60,018 bases of DNA from an uncultured Verrucomicrobiota bacterium (GTDB lineage: Bacteria > Verrucomicrobiota > Verrucomicrobiia > Palsa-1439). Shown here in pieces: positions 11,505-22,137 of the stretch; position 1 is the first letter of the stretch, and each line of letters begins with the position of its first letter. Location of the stretch: assembly GCA_903825435.1 (NCBI GenBank), contig CAIKAP010000117.1, forward strand, positions 1-60,018, given 5' to 3'. Made by a program: the position numbers and the translations under genes. The notes beneath the pieces are model-generated. The model saw only the letters and a program-made list of their open reading frames with translations. It was not told the DNA's origin and searched no databases.

Positions 11505-14500
11505 ATGAAACAATCCCTTCTTTGCCTGAGCCTTCTCATCGCCCAACTCACTGCCTTCGCCGCCGGGCCGCGCGATGCGCAATGGAAAAAAGTTGACGAG
11601 GCCGTCAACAAAGGTCTGCCGAAGACCGCCATCGAGGAGTTGGCACCGATCATCACCGGCGCGATGGCCGACAAAGCGTACGCCGAGGCGATCAAAGCCA
11701 TCGGCAAAAAAATCGCGTACGAAGGTAATATCCAAGGCAACAAGCCGGAAGAGAAAATTTTCCGGATGCAGGCCGAGCTGGAGAAGGCGACCGCCGAGAT
11801 GAAGCCGGTGATGGAAGCGATTATCGCGCATTGGTACTGGCAATATTTCCAACAGAACCGCTGGCGTTTCATGCAGCGCACGCAAACCGCCGCCGCACCG
11901 GGCGCAGACATCCAGACTTGGGACCTCGCGCGAATCCTTGCCGAGATTGATAAACATTTTACCGTCGCGCTCGCGAGCGAAAAAATTCTGAAGGCCACGC
12001 CCGTCACCGACTACAACGATCTTATCGCGAAAGGCAGCGTGCCGGACTGTTATCGTCCGACGATGTTTGATTTCCTCGCGTACGAGGCGCTGCAATTTTA
12101 CCAAGCCGGTGAACAGGCCGCGACGAAAGCAGAGGACGAGTTTGAACTCGACGCGACGACGCCGATTTTTGCCGACGCTGACGAGTTCATGAATTGGCAA
12201 CCGGCGACGACGGACGAAACTTCGGTGGCATTGAAAGCAATCCGTCTCTACCAAAATCTGCTGAAATTCCACCGTGTTGACGGCGACAACAGCGCGTTTA
12301 CCGATACCGACCTCGCGCGAATCCAGTTCGGCTACAATAAAGCCGTCGGCGAAAATAAAACCGACCGGTATAAATCCGCGCTCCAGCGTTTTATTGATGC
12401 GAACGCGAAGCATGAAGTCTCCGCCCGTGCCATTGCCGCGCTGGCCGAACAAATCAACCAAGACGGCGAGCCTGCGAAGGCGTACGAACTCGCCAAGCGC
12501 GGTCTCGATGCATTTCCGAAATCGGCGGGCGGCGCGATGTGTTTCAATCTTATCAAGCAGATCGAATCGAAGTCCGCTGGCCTCGACACCGAGCGCGTTT
12601 GGAACGAGCCGTGGCCGACGCTCAACGTCAACTACCGGAACATCACGAAAGTTTATTTCCGCGCCGTGTCGGCGAACTTCGACGACTACGTCACGCGCAC
12701 GCGCTGGGGCTTCGGCAACTTCGACGACGACCAACGCAAAAAACTTTTCGCCGCTGCGCCGGTGCTCGAATGGAGCGCCGACTTGCCGCCGACAAAAGAT
12801 TACAAGCAGCGCACGGAAAAACTACCGTCACCAACTTCGCTCAAGCCGGGCTTTTATTTTATCGTCGCCAGCCACGACAAATCGTTTGGCGAAAAAGAAA
12901 ATCAAGTCAGCGTTGCCGCGGTTTGGGTCAGCGACCTTGCGCTCGTGATGCAGTTGCGTCACGACGGCAAACCGCACAGTGGTTTTGTTCTAAAAGCCAA
13001 CAGCGGCATGCCGGTCGGCGGTGCGGCGATCCGGATTTGGCAGCGCGACCGCGAAGGTTGGTTCAAGCCGGTCGCGCCAGCGAAGACTGACGAGAACGGA
13101 CGGTTCGAGTTCTCGGTCAAGGACAACAATAATATTATGATGCTCGCCGAGTACGATGGTCAGGCGGTTTCGAGCAGCCACGAGTTTTGGAACCTTGGCA
13201 ACGGCGACCGGAACAAAACCGGAACACAAACCATCTTTTTCACCGACCGCGCGCTCTACCGGCCGGGGCAGACGATTTCTTACAAAGGCATTTGTCTGAA
13301 GTACGATCACGGCATCGCGAACTACGAAACGATTGCCGGACAAAAACTCACGGTTGTGTTTCACGATCCGAACCGCAAGGAAATCGCCCGCACCGAACTC
13401 AAGTGCAATGACTACGGCGCGTTCAGTGGCAGTTTCACCGCGCCGCGCGACCGCGTCATGGGGCAGATGCAATTGATGGTTCACGGCGGCCCGCACGGCA
13501 GCACTCATTTCAGCGTCGAGGAATATAAACGCCCGAAATTCCAGGCCGAACTCAACGCGCCCGTCGAGTCGGCGAAGCTCGACGCGACGGTAAATCTTAC
13601 CGGCAAAGCGACGGCGTACACCGGCGCGGCGATTGGCGGAGCGAAAGTAAAATGGCGCGTCGAACGCGGCGTGCAATGTCCGTTCTGGTGTTGGTGGTGG
13701 CAACCGCCCGCCGTCAAAGCCGTCGCGCACGGCACCGCTGTCACGGAACCGGACGGAACTTTTAAGATTACTTTTACCGCCGAGCCGGACCGCTCCGTGC
13801 CGGTGAAGAATGAGCCGGTGTTTACATTTACCATCAACGCCGACGTGACCGATTCGACCGGCGAGACGCGTTCCGCCAGCCGGACGGTGCGCGCCGGTTA
13901 CACGGCATTACAGGCGTCGGTCGCGGCGGACGAATGGCAGACGCCGGATAAACCGGTTGAGTTTACCGTCGAAACGAAATCGCTCGACGGCGATCCGCAA
14001 CCGGCGAACGGCGACGTGACAATTTACGCGCTCAAACAACCGGCGAAAGTCGAGCGCGCGGTGTTATTGGGCGAATATTATCGGTGGGGCCGCGACGGCG
14101 ACGAGCCGAAATCCGATCCGGCGAATCCGGATTCGTGGGAACTCGGCAAAGTCGTTGCGGAAAAATCTTTCAAGACCGACGCGACCGGCAAGACGCAGGT
14201 CAGCGCGAAGTTGAAAGCCGGTATTTACCGCGCGTCGCTGGAGACGAAGGACCGGTTCGGTAAAAAAGTCAGCGCGCGATTGACGTTGCAGGTGGTGGAT
14301 CCACGCGAACGACATTACCCGGTAAAACTGGCGAATCGTTTCGCCGCGCCGAAATGGTCGGTCGAGCCGGGAGAAAAATTTGTCGCACTCTGGGGCAGCG
14401 GCTACGACACGGGCCGCGCGTTTGTCGAGTTGGAGTACGACGGTAAAGTGTTGAAGAGTTATTGGACGGCGAGCAACCGGACGCAGGAACTCGTCGAGCA

Positions 14501-17500
14501 AGCCGTCGGCGAGGAGATGCGCGGCGGGTTGACGTTGCGCGTCACGTTTGTGCGCGAGAACCGCGCTTATTTTAATGAGCGCGTCGTGGACGTGCCGTGG
14601 TCGAACAAGAAGCTCGCGTTGAAGTGGGAAAGTTTCCGCTCGAAGCTGATGCCCGGTCAGAAGGAAACGTGGACGGCAGTCGTGACCGGTCCCGACGCGA
14701 AACGCGCCGCCGCGGAAATGGTCGCGACACTTTACGACGCGTCGCTCGATCAATATTTGCCGCACAACTGGCCGCAGGCGTTCGGCGTGTTCCGGCAGGA
14801 GTATAACCGGGTCAACGGCGAGTTTCAGAATGCGAAGCTCGATTTCCAGCATATTCAAGGTTGGTGGCAGACGCCGTCGCGCGGTGTGGATTGGAATTAC
14901 CGCGCGTTTCCGCAAGATGTCATCGCGAATCTCTGGGGCTACAGTTATTTTAGTGGCCGCAGAGACGCCCACAACAGTCTTCGGATGATGGCAAAAGGCG
15001 AAGCGATGGAATCCAACGGCGCAATGCTGATGTCCGACGCCGCCATGCCACATGCCGCTGCTGCGCCAGCGGCGTTCGGTGGCATGATGGAACAACAGCA
15101 AGCCAAGCGCCGCGAATTCGTAGATGAACGCATAGCTGTTGATAAACAGGCCGGTGGTGCGAGTGCTGGTGAACCCGGAGCCGCGCCCGCACCCGATCTC
15201 AGCAAAGTCGTCGCGCGAAAAAATCTGAACGAGACCGCGTTCTTTTTCCCGCAACTGCTCGCGGGCGACGATGGTGTTGTGAAGATGGTGTTCACGATGC
15301 CGGAGGCGTTGACGGAATGGAAGTTCATGGGCTTCGCTCACGACAAGCAGCTTCGCGCCGGTTTTCTGACCGACAAAACAGTCACAGCCAAAGACCTGAT
15401 GGTCGAGCCGAACCCGCCGCGTTTTGTGCGTGAAGGAGACGCGATTGAGTTTACCGTCAAAGTCAGCAACCAGTCCGCCGAACGCCAAGCCGGTAAGATC
15501 AGCCTAACATTTGCCGATGCGCGAACACTTGAGTCGCGCACGGGGCGGGTTGGCGAGGATTCCAATCACATAGTCGTCAACTTTACGCCGGAACAGCAAT
15601 TTGATGTACCGCCAAAAGAATCACGCACATACTCGTGGCACGTCTCGATCCCGGATGGATGCGAGTTCCTGACGTACAAGGCTGTCGGCGCGACTGCGAA
15701 GCTCAGCGACGGTGAGGAAGGTTTCCTGCCGGTGCTGAGCCGGAGAATTTTGGTGACGGAATCATTGCCGCTGCCGATTCGCGGCAAAGCGACGAAGCAG
15801 TTCGACTTCAAAAAACTTTTGGAGTCCGGTAAATCCGACACGCTCCGCAATCAATCGTTGACGGTGCAGATGGTGTCGCAGCCCGCGTGGTACGCGGTGA
15901 TGGCGTTGCCGTATTTGATGGAGTATCCTTACGAGTGCAGCGAGCAGACGTTCAACCGGCTTTACGCCAATGCGCTCGCGCGTCACATCGCCAACTCCGA
16001 TCCGAAGATTCGTCGCGTGTTCGATCTCTGGAAAGGGACGCCCGCGCTCGACAGCCCGCTGGAAAAAAATCAGGACTTGAAATCGGTGATGCTCGAAGAA
16101 ACTCCGTGGCTCCGTCAGGCGATGGCCGAGAGCCAGGCGCGCAAGAACGTCGGGATTTTATTCGACGCCAACCGGCTCGACGACGAAACGGCGCGCGGAT
16201 TGCGCAAGCTCTCGGAGATGCAGTTGAGCGATGGTTTGTGGCCGTGGTTCCCCGGCGGTCGGTCGAGCGAGTATATCAGTCTTTATATTACGACCGGCTT
16301 CGGACGATTGCGGCATCTCGGCGCGGAGATTGACGTGAAGCCCGCGATCAAATCGCTCAACGCGCTCGATGCGTGGATGGATGATCATTACCGGCATATT
16401 CTCAAACTGCCGCACCCGGAGGAATACGTGCCGAGTTATACCGACGCGTTTTATTTGTACGGTCGGAGTTTCTTCCTCAAAGATCGGCCTATCGCGAAAC
16501 AATATCAGGAGGCCGTGGATTTCTTCCTGCGCCAGTCGCGGAAATTCCGGTTGAAGGTGGATTGCCGTCAAAGCCAGGCACATCTTGCCATCGCGTTACA
16601 AAGATTCGGCGACAAGGAAACGCCGCTCGACATCATGAAGTCCATCAAGGAGCGCAGCGTCAGCAACGAAGAACTCGGCATGTTCTGGCGCGAGACGGAA
16701 TTAAGTTGGTGGTGGTATCGCGCGCCGATTGAAACGCAGGCGATGATGATAGAAGCGTTCGCCGAGGTGATGAACGACGCGCAAGCCGTCGAAGATTGTA
16801 AAGTCTGGCTTCTGAAACAAAAACAGACGCAAGACTGGAAGACGACGAAAGCGACCGCCGACGCGATTTACGGCCTCCTGCTGCGCGGCGTCAACATGCT
16901 CGCCAGCGACGCGCTCGTCGAAGTCGCGCTCGGCGGCGAGACGATCAAACCGGAGCACGTCGAAGCCGGTACCGGTTTCTACGAACAGAAATTCGTCCGC
17001 AACGAAATCAAACCGGCGATGGGCGAAATCACGGTGAAGAAAGTGGACGAAGGCGTTAGTTGGGGCAGCGTCCACTGGCAATACCTCGAAGACATGACCA
17101 AGGTCACACCGCACGAAGGCACACCGTTGAAATTGAAGAAGACGCTCTGGATCAAGGAGACATCGAAGAAAGGTCAGGAGTTGAAGCCCGTGACCGACCC
17201 GCTCGCCGTCGGCGACGAGTTGGTTGTCCGCATCGAACTCCGCACCGACCGCGACATGGAATATGTCCATCTCAAAGACCAGCGCGGCAGCGGCACCGAG
17301 CCGGTGAATGTATTAAGCCGGTATAAATTCCAAGACGGCCTCGCGTATTATGAAAGCACGAAGGACACCGCGAGCCACTTCTTTATAGATTATCTGCCGA
17401 AAGGAATCTATGTCTTCGAGTACAGCACGCGCGTCCAACTGAAGGGCAAGTACCAGACCGGCATCGCCGAAATTCAGAGCATGTACGCACCGGAATTCAA

Positions 17501-17537
17501 CTCGCACTCGGAGAGTTTCGCGCTGGAAGTGAAATAA
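11505..17537 (+). CDS. Bacterial alpha-2-macroglobulin family protein (2010 aa)
   Basis: Signal peptide, FTDRALYRPGQT (MG2), FSVEEYKRPKF, RKNLNETAFFFPQL, thioester motif YPYECSEQ, C-terminal SMYAPEF; GGAG RBS before ATG 11505. Confidence 0.95.
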   Translation: MKQSLLCLSLLIAQLTAFAAGPRDAQWKKVDEAVNKGLPKTAIEELAPIITGAMADKAYAEAIKAIGKKIAYEGNIQGNKPEEKIFRMQAELEKATAEMKPVMEAIIAHWYWQYFQQNRWRFMQRTQTAAAPGADIQTWDLARILAEIDKHFTVALASEKILKATPVTDYNDLIAKGSVPDCYRPTMFDFLAYEALQFYQAGEQAATKAEDEFELDATTPIFADADEFMNWQPATTDETSVALKAIRLYQNLLKFHRVDGDNSAFTDTDLARIQFGYNKAVGENKTDRYKSALQRFIDANAKHEVSARAIAALAEQINQDGEPAKAYELAKRGLDAFPKSAGGAMCFNLIKQIESKSAGLDTERVWNEPWPTLNVNYRNITKVYFRAVSANFDDYVTRTRWGFGNFDDDQRKKLFAAAPVLEWSADLPPTKDYKQRTEKLPSPTSLKPGFYFIVASHDKSFGEKENQVSVAAVWVSDLALVMQLRHDGKPHSGFVLKANSGMPVGGAAIRIWQRDREGWFKPVAPAKTDENGRFEFSVKDNNNIMMLAEYDGQAVSSSHEFWNLGNGDRNKTGTQTIFFTDRALYRPGQTISYKGICLKYDHGIANYETIAGQKLTVVFHDPNRKEIARTELKCNDYGAFSGSFTAPRDRVMGQMQLMVHGGPHGSTHFSVEEYKRPKFQAELNAPVESAKLDATVNLTGKATAYTGAAIGGAKVKWRVERGVQCPFWCWWWQPPAVKAVAHGTAVTEPDGTFKITFTAEPDRSVPVKNEPVFTFTINADVTDSTGETRSASRTVRAGYTALQASVAADEWQTPDKPVEFTVETKSLDGDPQPANGDVTIYALKQPAKVERAVLLGEYYRWGRDGDEPKSDPANPDSWELGKVVAEKSFKTDATGKTQVSAKLKAGIYRASLETKDRFGKKVSARLTLQVVDPRERHYPVKLANRFAAPKWSVEPGEKFVALWGSGYDTGRAFVELEYDGKVLKSYWTASNRTQELVEQAVGEEMRGGLTLRVTFVRENRAYFNERVVDVPWSNKKLALKWESFRSKLMPGQKETWTAVVTGPDAKRAAAEMVATLYDASLDQYLPHNWPQAFGVFRQEYNRVNGEFQNAKLDFQHIQGWWQTPSRGVDWNYRAFPQDVIANLWGYSYFSGRRDAHNSLRMMAKGEAMESNGAMLMSDAAMPHAAAAPAAFGGMMEQQQAKRREFVDERIAVDKQAGGASAGEPGAAPAPDLSKVVARKNLNETAFFFPQLLAGDDGVVKMVFTMPEALTEWKFMGFAHDKQLRAGFLTDKTVTAKDLMVEPNPPRFVREGDAIEFTVKVSNQSAERQAGKISLTFADARTLESRTGRVGEDSNHIVVNFTPEQQFDVPPKESRTYSWHVSIPDGCEFLTYKAVGATAKLSDGEEGFLPVLSRRILVTESLPLPIRGKATKQFDFKKLLESGKSDTLRNQSLTVQMVSQPAWYAVMALPYLMEYPYECSEQTFNRLYANALARHIANSDPKIRRVFDLWKGTPALDSPLEKNQDLKSVMLEETPWLRQAMAESQARKNVGILFDANRLDDETARGLRKLSEMQLSDGLWPWFPGGRSSEYISLYITTGFGRLRHLGAEIDVKPAIKSLNALDAWMDDHYRHILKLPHPEEYVPSYTDAFYLYGRSFFLKDRPIAKQYQEAVDFFLRQSRKFRLKVDCRQSQAHLAIALQRFGDKETPLDIMKSIKERSVSNEELGMFWRETELSWWWYRAPIETQAMMIEAFAEVMNDAQAVEDCKVWLLKQKQTQDWKTTKATADAIYGLLLRGVNMLASDALVEVALGGETIKPEHVEAGTGFYEQKFVRNEIKPAMGEITVKKVDEGVSWGSVHWQYLEDMTKVTPHEGTPLKLKKTLWIKETSKKGQELKPVTDPLAVGDELVVRIELRTDRDMEYVHLKDQRGSGTEPVNVLSRYKFQDGLAYYESTKDTASHFFIDYLPKGIYVFEYSTRVQLKGKYQTGIAEIQSMYAPEFNSHSESFALEVK
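13208..13226 (-). repeat. 19-bp direct-repeat motif, copy 3 (perfect), inside the macroglobulin gene
   Basis: CCGGAACAAAACCGGAACA on + strand; encodes D-R-N-K-T-G-T. Confidence 0.9.
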
Positions 17538-17545
17538 CGCCAAGA

Positions 17546-17612
17546 TTTCACCGCAGAGGCGCAGAGTTCGCAGAAGTGTTTTCTCTGCGTTCTCTGCACC
17601 TCTGCGGTTAAA
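17546..17612. repeat. REP-like imperfect palindrome between convergent genes (may act as terminator)
   Basis: TTTCACCGCAGAGGCGCAGAG...CTCTGCACCTCTGCGGTTAAA; includes the ruvB stop codon. Confidence 0.8.
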
Positions 17613-18618
17613 GTAATTCTCCGTCGCGCTTGCGGGAGACACCGAGTTTTTTATACGCCAACTCGGTCGGCACGCGGCCTTGCGGCGTCCGCTTCAGATA
17701 GCCTTCCATGATCAGGAACGGCTCGTAAACTTCCTCGATGGTGTCCGGTTCCTCGCCGACGGCAACGGCGAGCGAGTTCACGCCGACCGGTTTGCCGACG
17801 AACTTGATGACGAGCGTTTCCAAAATCCGTTTGTCCATTTCGTCGAGACCGTGCTCGTCTATCTCCAGCATCTTCAACGCGGCGTCGGCAATCTCGGCAG
17901 TAATCGTTGCCGACTTCGCCTTCACCTGCGCGTAGTCGCGGCAACGTTTTAGTAAATTGTTCGCGATGCGCGGCGTGCCACGCGAACGGCCAGCGATTTC
18001 GTTTGCACCGTCTTGGTCAATTTCGACATTCAAAATTCGCGCGGCGCGCGTGATGATCCGCGCGAGTTCCTCCGCGGCGTAATAGTCGAGCCGCTCGGTC
18101 AGACCAAAACGCGAGCGCATCGGCGACGTAAGCAGTCCGCTGCGCGTCGTCGCGCCGACGAGCGTGAAGCGCGGCAATTGTAATTTCACGCTCCGCGCGT
18201 TCGGTCCCTGATCAATCACAATGTCCAACCGGAAATCTTCCATCGCCGGGTAAAGATATTCTTCCACCGTTTTCTGGAGCCGGTGAATCTCGTCAATGAA
18301 CAGCACGTCACCGGCTTCGAGCTTCGTGAGCAGACCGGCAAGATCACCGGCTTTCTCAATCACCGGGCCGCTGGTGACGACGACGTTGACGCCCATCGCT
18401 TTCGCCAGAATGTAAGCGAGCGTCGTCTTGCCGAGACCGGGCGGGCCGCTGAGCAAAATATGATCGAGTGATTCCTTGCGCATCTTCGCGGCTTCAACGG
18501 CAAGTTCGAGCCGTTCTTTTACTTTTACTTGTCCGGCAAAATCGGCAAACGCACCGGGACGCAACGACACGTCGAGCGTCTTGTCGTGGATGGTTTGCGT
18601 GACGAATCGGTCGCTCAT
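17608..18618 (-). CDS. ruvB: Holliday junction branch-migration helicase RuvB
   Basis: [50 protein letters not shown]...RTPQGR. Confidence 0.98.
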   Translation of the reverse strand: MSDRFVTQTIHDKTLDVSLRPGAFADFAGQVKVKERLELAVEAAKMRKESLDHILLSGPPGLGKTTLAYILAKAMGVNVVVTSGPVIEKAGDLAGLLTKLEAGDVLFIDEIHRLQKTVEEYLYPAMEDFRLDIVIDQGPNARSVKLQLPRFTLVGATTRSGLLTSPMRSRFGLTERLDYYAAEELARIITRAARILNVEIDQDGANEIAGRSRGTPRIANNLLKRCRDYAQVKAKSATITAEIADAALKMLEIDEHGLDEMDKRILETLVIKFVGKPVGVNSLAVAVGEEPDTIEEVYEPFLIMEGYLKRTPQGRVPTELAYKKLGVSRKRDGELL

Positions 18619-19103
18619 GTGACAAGAAGCCGGAGTTGTTTTTGCCGGAGGAACCAACGGAGTTCGCCGTGACCAGCGCGCAATTCGCTGATCTCGACGC
18701 ACGCGACGCTGGCTTTGCCCATCGAAAGCGCGGCGGCATTCTCCGAGCCGAGCAATCCGGCAAGATGCTCCGCAAAACTCGGCATGTGCCCGACGAGTAC
18801 AACTTCCTTCGCGCCATCGAAAGTTTTTACAACGTGAAGAACATCGGCCAGTGTGCCGTCGTTGGAGAGTTCGTCGAACACGGCGATTTCGTTTTGGAAT
18901 TTCAGTTCGCGCGCGATGATGTCGGCGGTTTGCCGCGCGCGCGTGAGCGGGCTGGTGAGAACTTGTTCCGGTTTTGCTCCGGCTTTGAAAAGCGCAGTGC
19001 CGACGATGCGGGATTCCTCGCGCCCCTCCTTCGTCAACTCGCGCTCGGCATCGCTCGGAGCAATGTCGGAAGCGCTGGCATGACGAACAAGATAAAGCTT
19101 CAT
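18615..19103 (-). CDS. sixA: Phosphohistidine phosphatase SixA
   Basis: [30 protein letters not shown]. Confidence 0.9.
   Translation of the reverse strand: MKLYLVRHASASDIAPSDAERELTKEGREESRIVGTALFKAGAKPEQVLTSPLTRARQTADIIARELKFQNEIAVFDELSNDGTLADVLHVVKTFDGAKEVVLVGHMPSFAEHLAGLLGSENAAALSMGKASVACVEISELRAGHGELRWFLRQKQLRLLVT
18964..18982 (+). repeat. 19-bp direct-repeat motif, copy 4 (1 mismatch), inside sixA
   Basis: TGTTCCGGTTTTGCTCCGG; encodes A-G-A-K-P-E-Q. Confidence 0.85.
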
Positions 19104-19164
19104 GCGATGATTCTTAGCCGACCGGCTTCCCGACGCAAGCAAATCTGTGCGGGGTTAGGCGAGC

Positions 19165-20604
19165 TTATTTACTTTTTAGCCTCGCCCGGTATATCCAGGC
19201 CGTATTGTGCGAGGGTTGATAATTGCAGTCGTAACCGCCAAAATACAGTGCCTTGCCTTGGTCAGCAGGGAATGGCGAGACGGCGATGGTTCGCACGGAG
19301 ACCAGTGTTGGCATGGCAGGATCTGTTACTTCTTTTAACTCGTAGGTGACGACACCGGCTTTGACGTGCCGGATGTAATATCGTCCTTCAGCGGCATAAT
19401 ACATGTCCCGACTCGATATGTCGTTCCGGTATTTGCCCTCGACCTTCATCACACGCCATTCCGGGTGCTGCTGGACTGCCGTCGGCGTAAAAGTCATTTC
19501 GCACCCGAACATCCACACATTTTCTCCCGTACCGGGCAATGTGTAATTCAGGAAATCGTTGTACGCGGAGAGCACGTACGGAACTTTTGCGGCCAAGCGA
19601 CGGCCCATGTCGGCATTTATGTTCAGTTCCACCGTCTCGGCGTAGTCGTTGGATGGGGCCAAACGGTGAACACAGGTTTGTTTATCGCTGCCGCGGCAGT
19701 TATACAGCAACACCTGCCCGCGGCCTGATGGATTCGGCACGGCAGTCAGGCCACGAATACAGGAAGCGTTGATTTCATTTGGATATTCTTTGACCGGGAT
19801 CCAGGAAGGCGAAGCTCCGTCCGTCCGTTTGAGAATACGTTTGGATGTGGCGGCGTAGAACACGCTATTGCAGTTGGCGAAACCCATCACTCTTTCACCG
19901 CCGGGGGAATACGCGCCAGCGTTCACAGTAAATTCCGACGCCTGCCAAGTGATGCGACCAGTCGCCTTGGCATCATAGACGCCTCTGTAAATTCCCAGCG
20001 CAGTGCTACCGGCAAAAACATAATCAATACCGGTGACAGAATTATGATGCAAACCGATAGCCCGAGTATCGGAATACTTGTCGCCGGTCGTCCCAAGTGT
20101 CATCGCCACCAATGCGTTTGAATTATCGTCAAGGCTGAAAACCTCGATAGACCCGGCACGGAGGTGATCCGGCGCTGTCAGCAACATCTCCACCGGGTTG
20201 ATTTTATTTCCGGCACCATCCGTCGTGAAGGTCACGGTTTGCAGACAAGTCAGCCGCAGGTTGCGCGTCGTGAATTGGTGAAAAAGTTTCCATTTTACAT
20301 CCGGCGAATCGAGCACCAACAACTGGCACGCTTTCGGAATCGAAGGATCGCTTTCCGTCCACAAAGTCGTGGAGGCGTAGAGTTTTTCTTTGTAGGGCAG
20401 GATGCACATGAGTTCGGTCCCGCACATCGTCTTTCCATTGACGTCTTTGTCTCCGGCATGCCACGACAACTGATAGGAAACCGGTTCGAGAAAAGCGTCT
20501 GTAGTTGCGGCTACAGCGGACGATATTCTGTCGGCCATGATAGAAACCGACACCAAAACAATAACAGCAACGACAATAAAAATCTTCATCAGCTTCTTTG
20601 TCAT
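19165..20604 (-). CDS. Secreted hypothetical protein, probably beta-propeller-like
   Basis: 479-aa ORF with a hydrophobic N-terminus, beta-rich pattern and LYFGGYDCN near the C-terminus; lower GC than neighbours. Confidence 0.7.
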   Translation of the reverse strand: MTKKLMKIFIVVAVIVLVSVSIMADRISSAVAATTDAFLEPVSYQLSWHAGDKDVNGKTMCGTELMCILPYKEKLYASTTLWTESDPSIPKACQLLVLDSPDVKWKLFHQFTTRNLRLTCLQTVTFTTDGAGNKINPVEMLLTAPDHLRAGSIEVFSLDDNSNALVAMTLGTTGDKYSDTRAIGLHHNSVTGIDYVFAGSTALGIYRGVYDAKATGRITWQASEFTVNAGAYSPGGERVMGFANCNSVFYAATSKRILKRTDGASPSWIPVKEYPNEINASCIRGLTAVPNPSGRGQVLLYNCRGSDKQTCVHRLAPSNDYAETVELNINADMGRRLAAKVPYVLSAYNDFLNYTLPGTGENVWMFGCEMTFTPTAVQQHPEWRVMKVEGKYRNDISSRDMYYAAEGRYYIRHVKAGVVTYELKEVTDPAMPTLVSVRTIAVSPFPADQGKALYFGGYDCNYQPSHNTAWIYRARLKSK

Positions 20605-20695
20605 ATTCTCTTTTCGCGGACAACAGAACCGGTCTCCACGTCCGCGGCCCGTTGGACGCGGAATAATCGCGACAACGATTTTTCGGTCTTGTGGG

Positions 20696-22063
20696 CTACA
20701 AAAACTCGCGTGGGTCGGTGATATGGCCGGTGATGGCACTCGCGGCAACGGTCATCGGCGACGCGAGGATGACTTGCGATTCGAGGTGTCCCATTCGTCC
20801 AGGAAAATTCCGGTTCGTTGTGCTGATACACTTTTGCGGCTTGTTCATGCGGCCAAACGTATCGGTCGGTCCGCCGAGACACGCTGCGCAACCGGGATTC
20901 TCGGTCATATCAACACCGGCATCCACGAGAATTTGCCAGATGGTCTTGTCGCCCATCTTCGTTTCCTTCAAGTCAGCCATGACATCCGGCGTCGCTGGCA
21001 CACCGAACGTGTGCAGCTTCACTTTGCGGCCGTTGACGATTCTGGCGAACGCCACAAAATCGCTGGTCTTGCCGCCGGTGCACGAGCCGATGTAGGCGCG
21101 GTCGAGCGCGACGCTGGAAAGTTCCTTCGCGAGTTTGCGCTGGCCGGGATTCGGATGACACGCAACCGTCGGTTCGAGTTTGCTCAAGTCGAACGCCTTT
21201 TCGTAAACAAATTTCTGATCCTTGTCGCAGAAGATGGCGTCGTATTTTGATTTTGTACCGTTGGCTTTCGTGCGCTCGTTGACGTACGCGAACGTCTGCT
21301 CGTCCGGCTCGAAGATGCCGTTCTTGCCACCGGCTTCGATGGCCATGTTCGTGATCGTCATCCGGTCGTCCATGTTCATCGCATGCGCACCGGGTCCGTC
21401 GAACTGCATCGCCCGGTAGGTCGCGCCGTCGAAACCGATTTCGCCGATGAGATGTAAAATGACATCCTTGCCCATCACGCCGGGCGAAAGTTTTCCCTCG
21501 AACCAAAACCGCATCGTCTCCGGAACCTTCAGCAAAAGTTTTCCGGTGCCAAGTACAAATCCAGCGTCGGTATTACCGATGCCGGTCGCGAACTCGCCGA
21601 ACGCGCCCGCCATGCACGTGTGTGAATCGGTGCCGAGCAACACCTCGCCCGGCCGCGTGTGCCCGCGCGCCGCGAGCGCCGTGTGACAGACGCCCGCGTA
21701 ATGACTGCCGTACTGTCGTTTATAATTTCCCTTCGCCGCGTCGAAAACCCATTTGCCTTTCGGGTCGTCAATGATGTCGTAAAAATATTTGATCCCCTGC
21801 GCGCCGACGAACTCGCGGAGAATGTCCACGTTCCGGTTGCACTTCGAGTCGGCGGTGAAAATATAATGGTCGGGAATAATCACGATCTTCTCGCGGTCCC
21901 AGACTTTCGCGTTCGCGCCGAACTCGCGGCGGAACACGCCGATCGTCCCCGGACCGCACACATCGTGCGTCATCAAAATATCCACGTTGGCCCAGACATT
22001 ATCGCCGGGCTGGACAAATTTTTTACCCGCCGCGCGGGCGAGAATTTTTTCAGTAAGCGTCAT
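20696..22063 (-). CDS. leuC: 3-isopropylmalate dehydratase / homoaconitase-family large subunit
   Basis: MTLTEKILA, MTHD, PDH, GTDSHTC, IGSCTGG, PGCAACLGG, STTNRNFPGRMG, ASP. Confidence 0.9.
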   Translation of the reverse strand: MTLTEKILARAAGKKFVQPGDNVWANVDILMTHDVCGPGTIGVFRREFGANAKVWDREKIVIIPDHYIFTADSKCNRNVDILREFVGAQGIKYFYDIIDDPKGKWVFDAAKGNYKRQYGSHYAGVCHTALAARGHTRPGEVLLGTDSHTCMAGAFGEFATGIGNTDAGFVLGTGKLLLKVPETMRFWFEGKLSPGVMGKDVILHLIGEIGFDGATYRAMQFDGPGAHAMNMDDRMTITNMAIEAGGKNGIFEPDEQTFAYVNERTKANGTKSKYDAIFCDKDQKFVYEKAFDLSKLEPTVACHPNPGQRKLAKELSSVALDRAYIGSCTGGKTSDFVAFARIVNGRKVKLHTFGVPATPDVMADLKETKMGDKTIWQILVDAGVDMTENPGCAACLGGPTDTFGRMNKPQKCISTTNRNFPGRMGHLESQVILASPMTVAASAITGHITDPREFL

Positions 22064-22070
22064 GTGTGGA

Positions 22071-22099
22071 ACCTTACGCAAGCCGTGCGCAACTCGCAA
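22071..22099 (-). promoter_or_regulatory. Putative sigma70 promoter of leuC (leaderless)
   Basis: TTGCGA-N17-TAAGGT, 7 nt upstream of ATG 22063. Confidence 0.55.
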
Positions 22100-22137
22100 C
22101 TGGAAACTAGGCAGGGACTATGGTAAAAGAAAGTGCC

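Noticed and set aside
18964-18982. 19-bp motif as a LexA operator for ruvB
   Set aside because: It lies inside sixA about 350 bp upstream of ruvB, and the other eight copies are not at repair-gene promoters
20468-20486. 17/19 match (minus strand AACCGGTTTCCTATCAGTT) to the 3' part of the ori-like repeat
   Set aside because: Inside an uninterrupted ORF and lacks the TTAACCCCC half; may be chance
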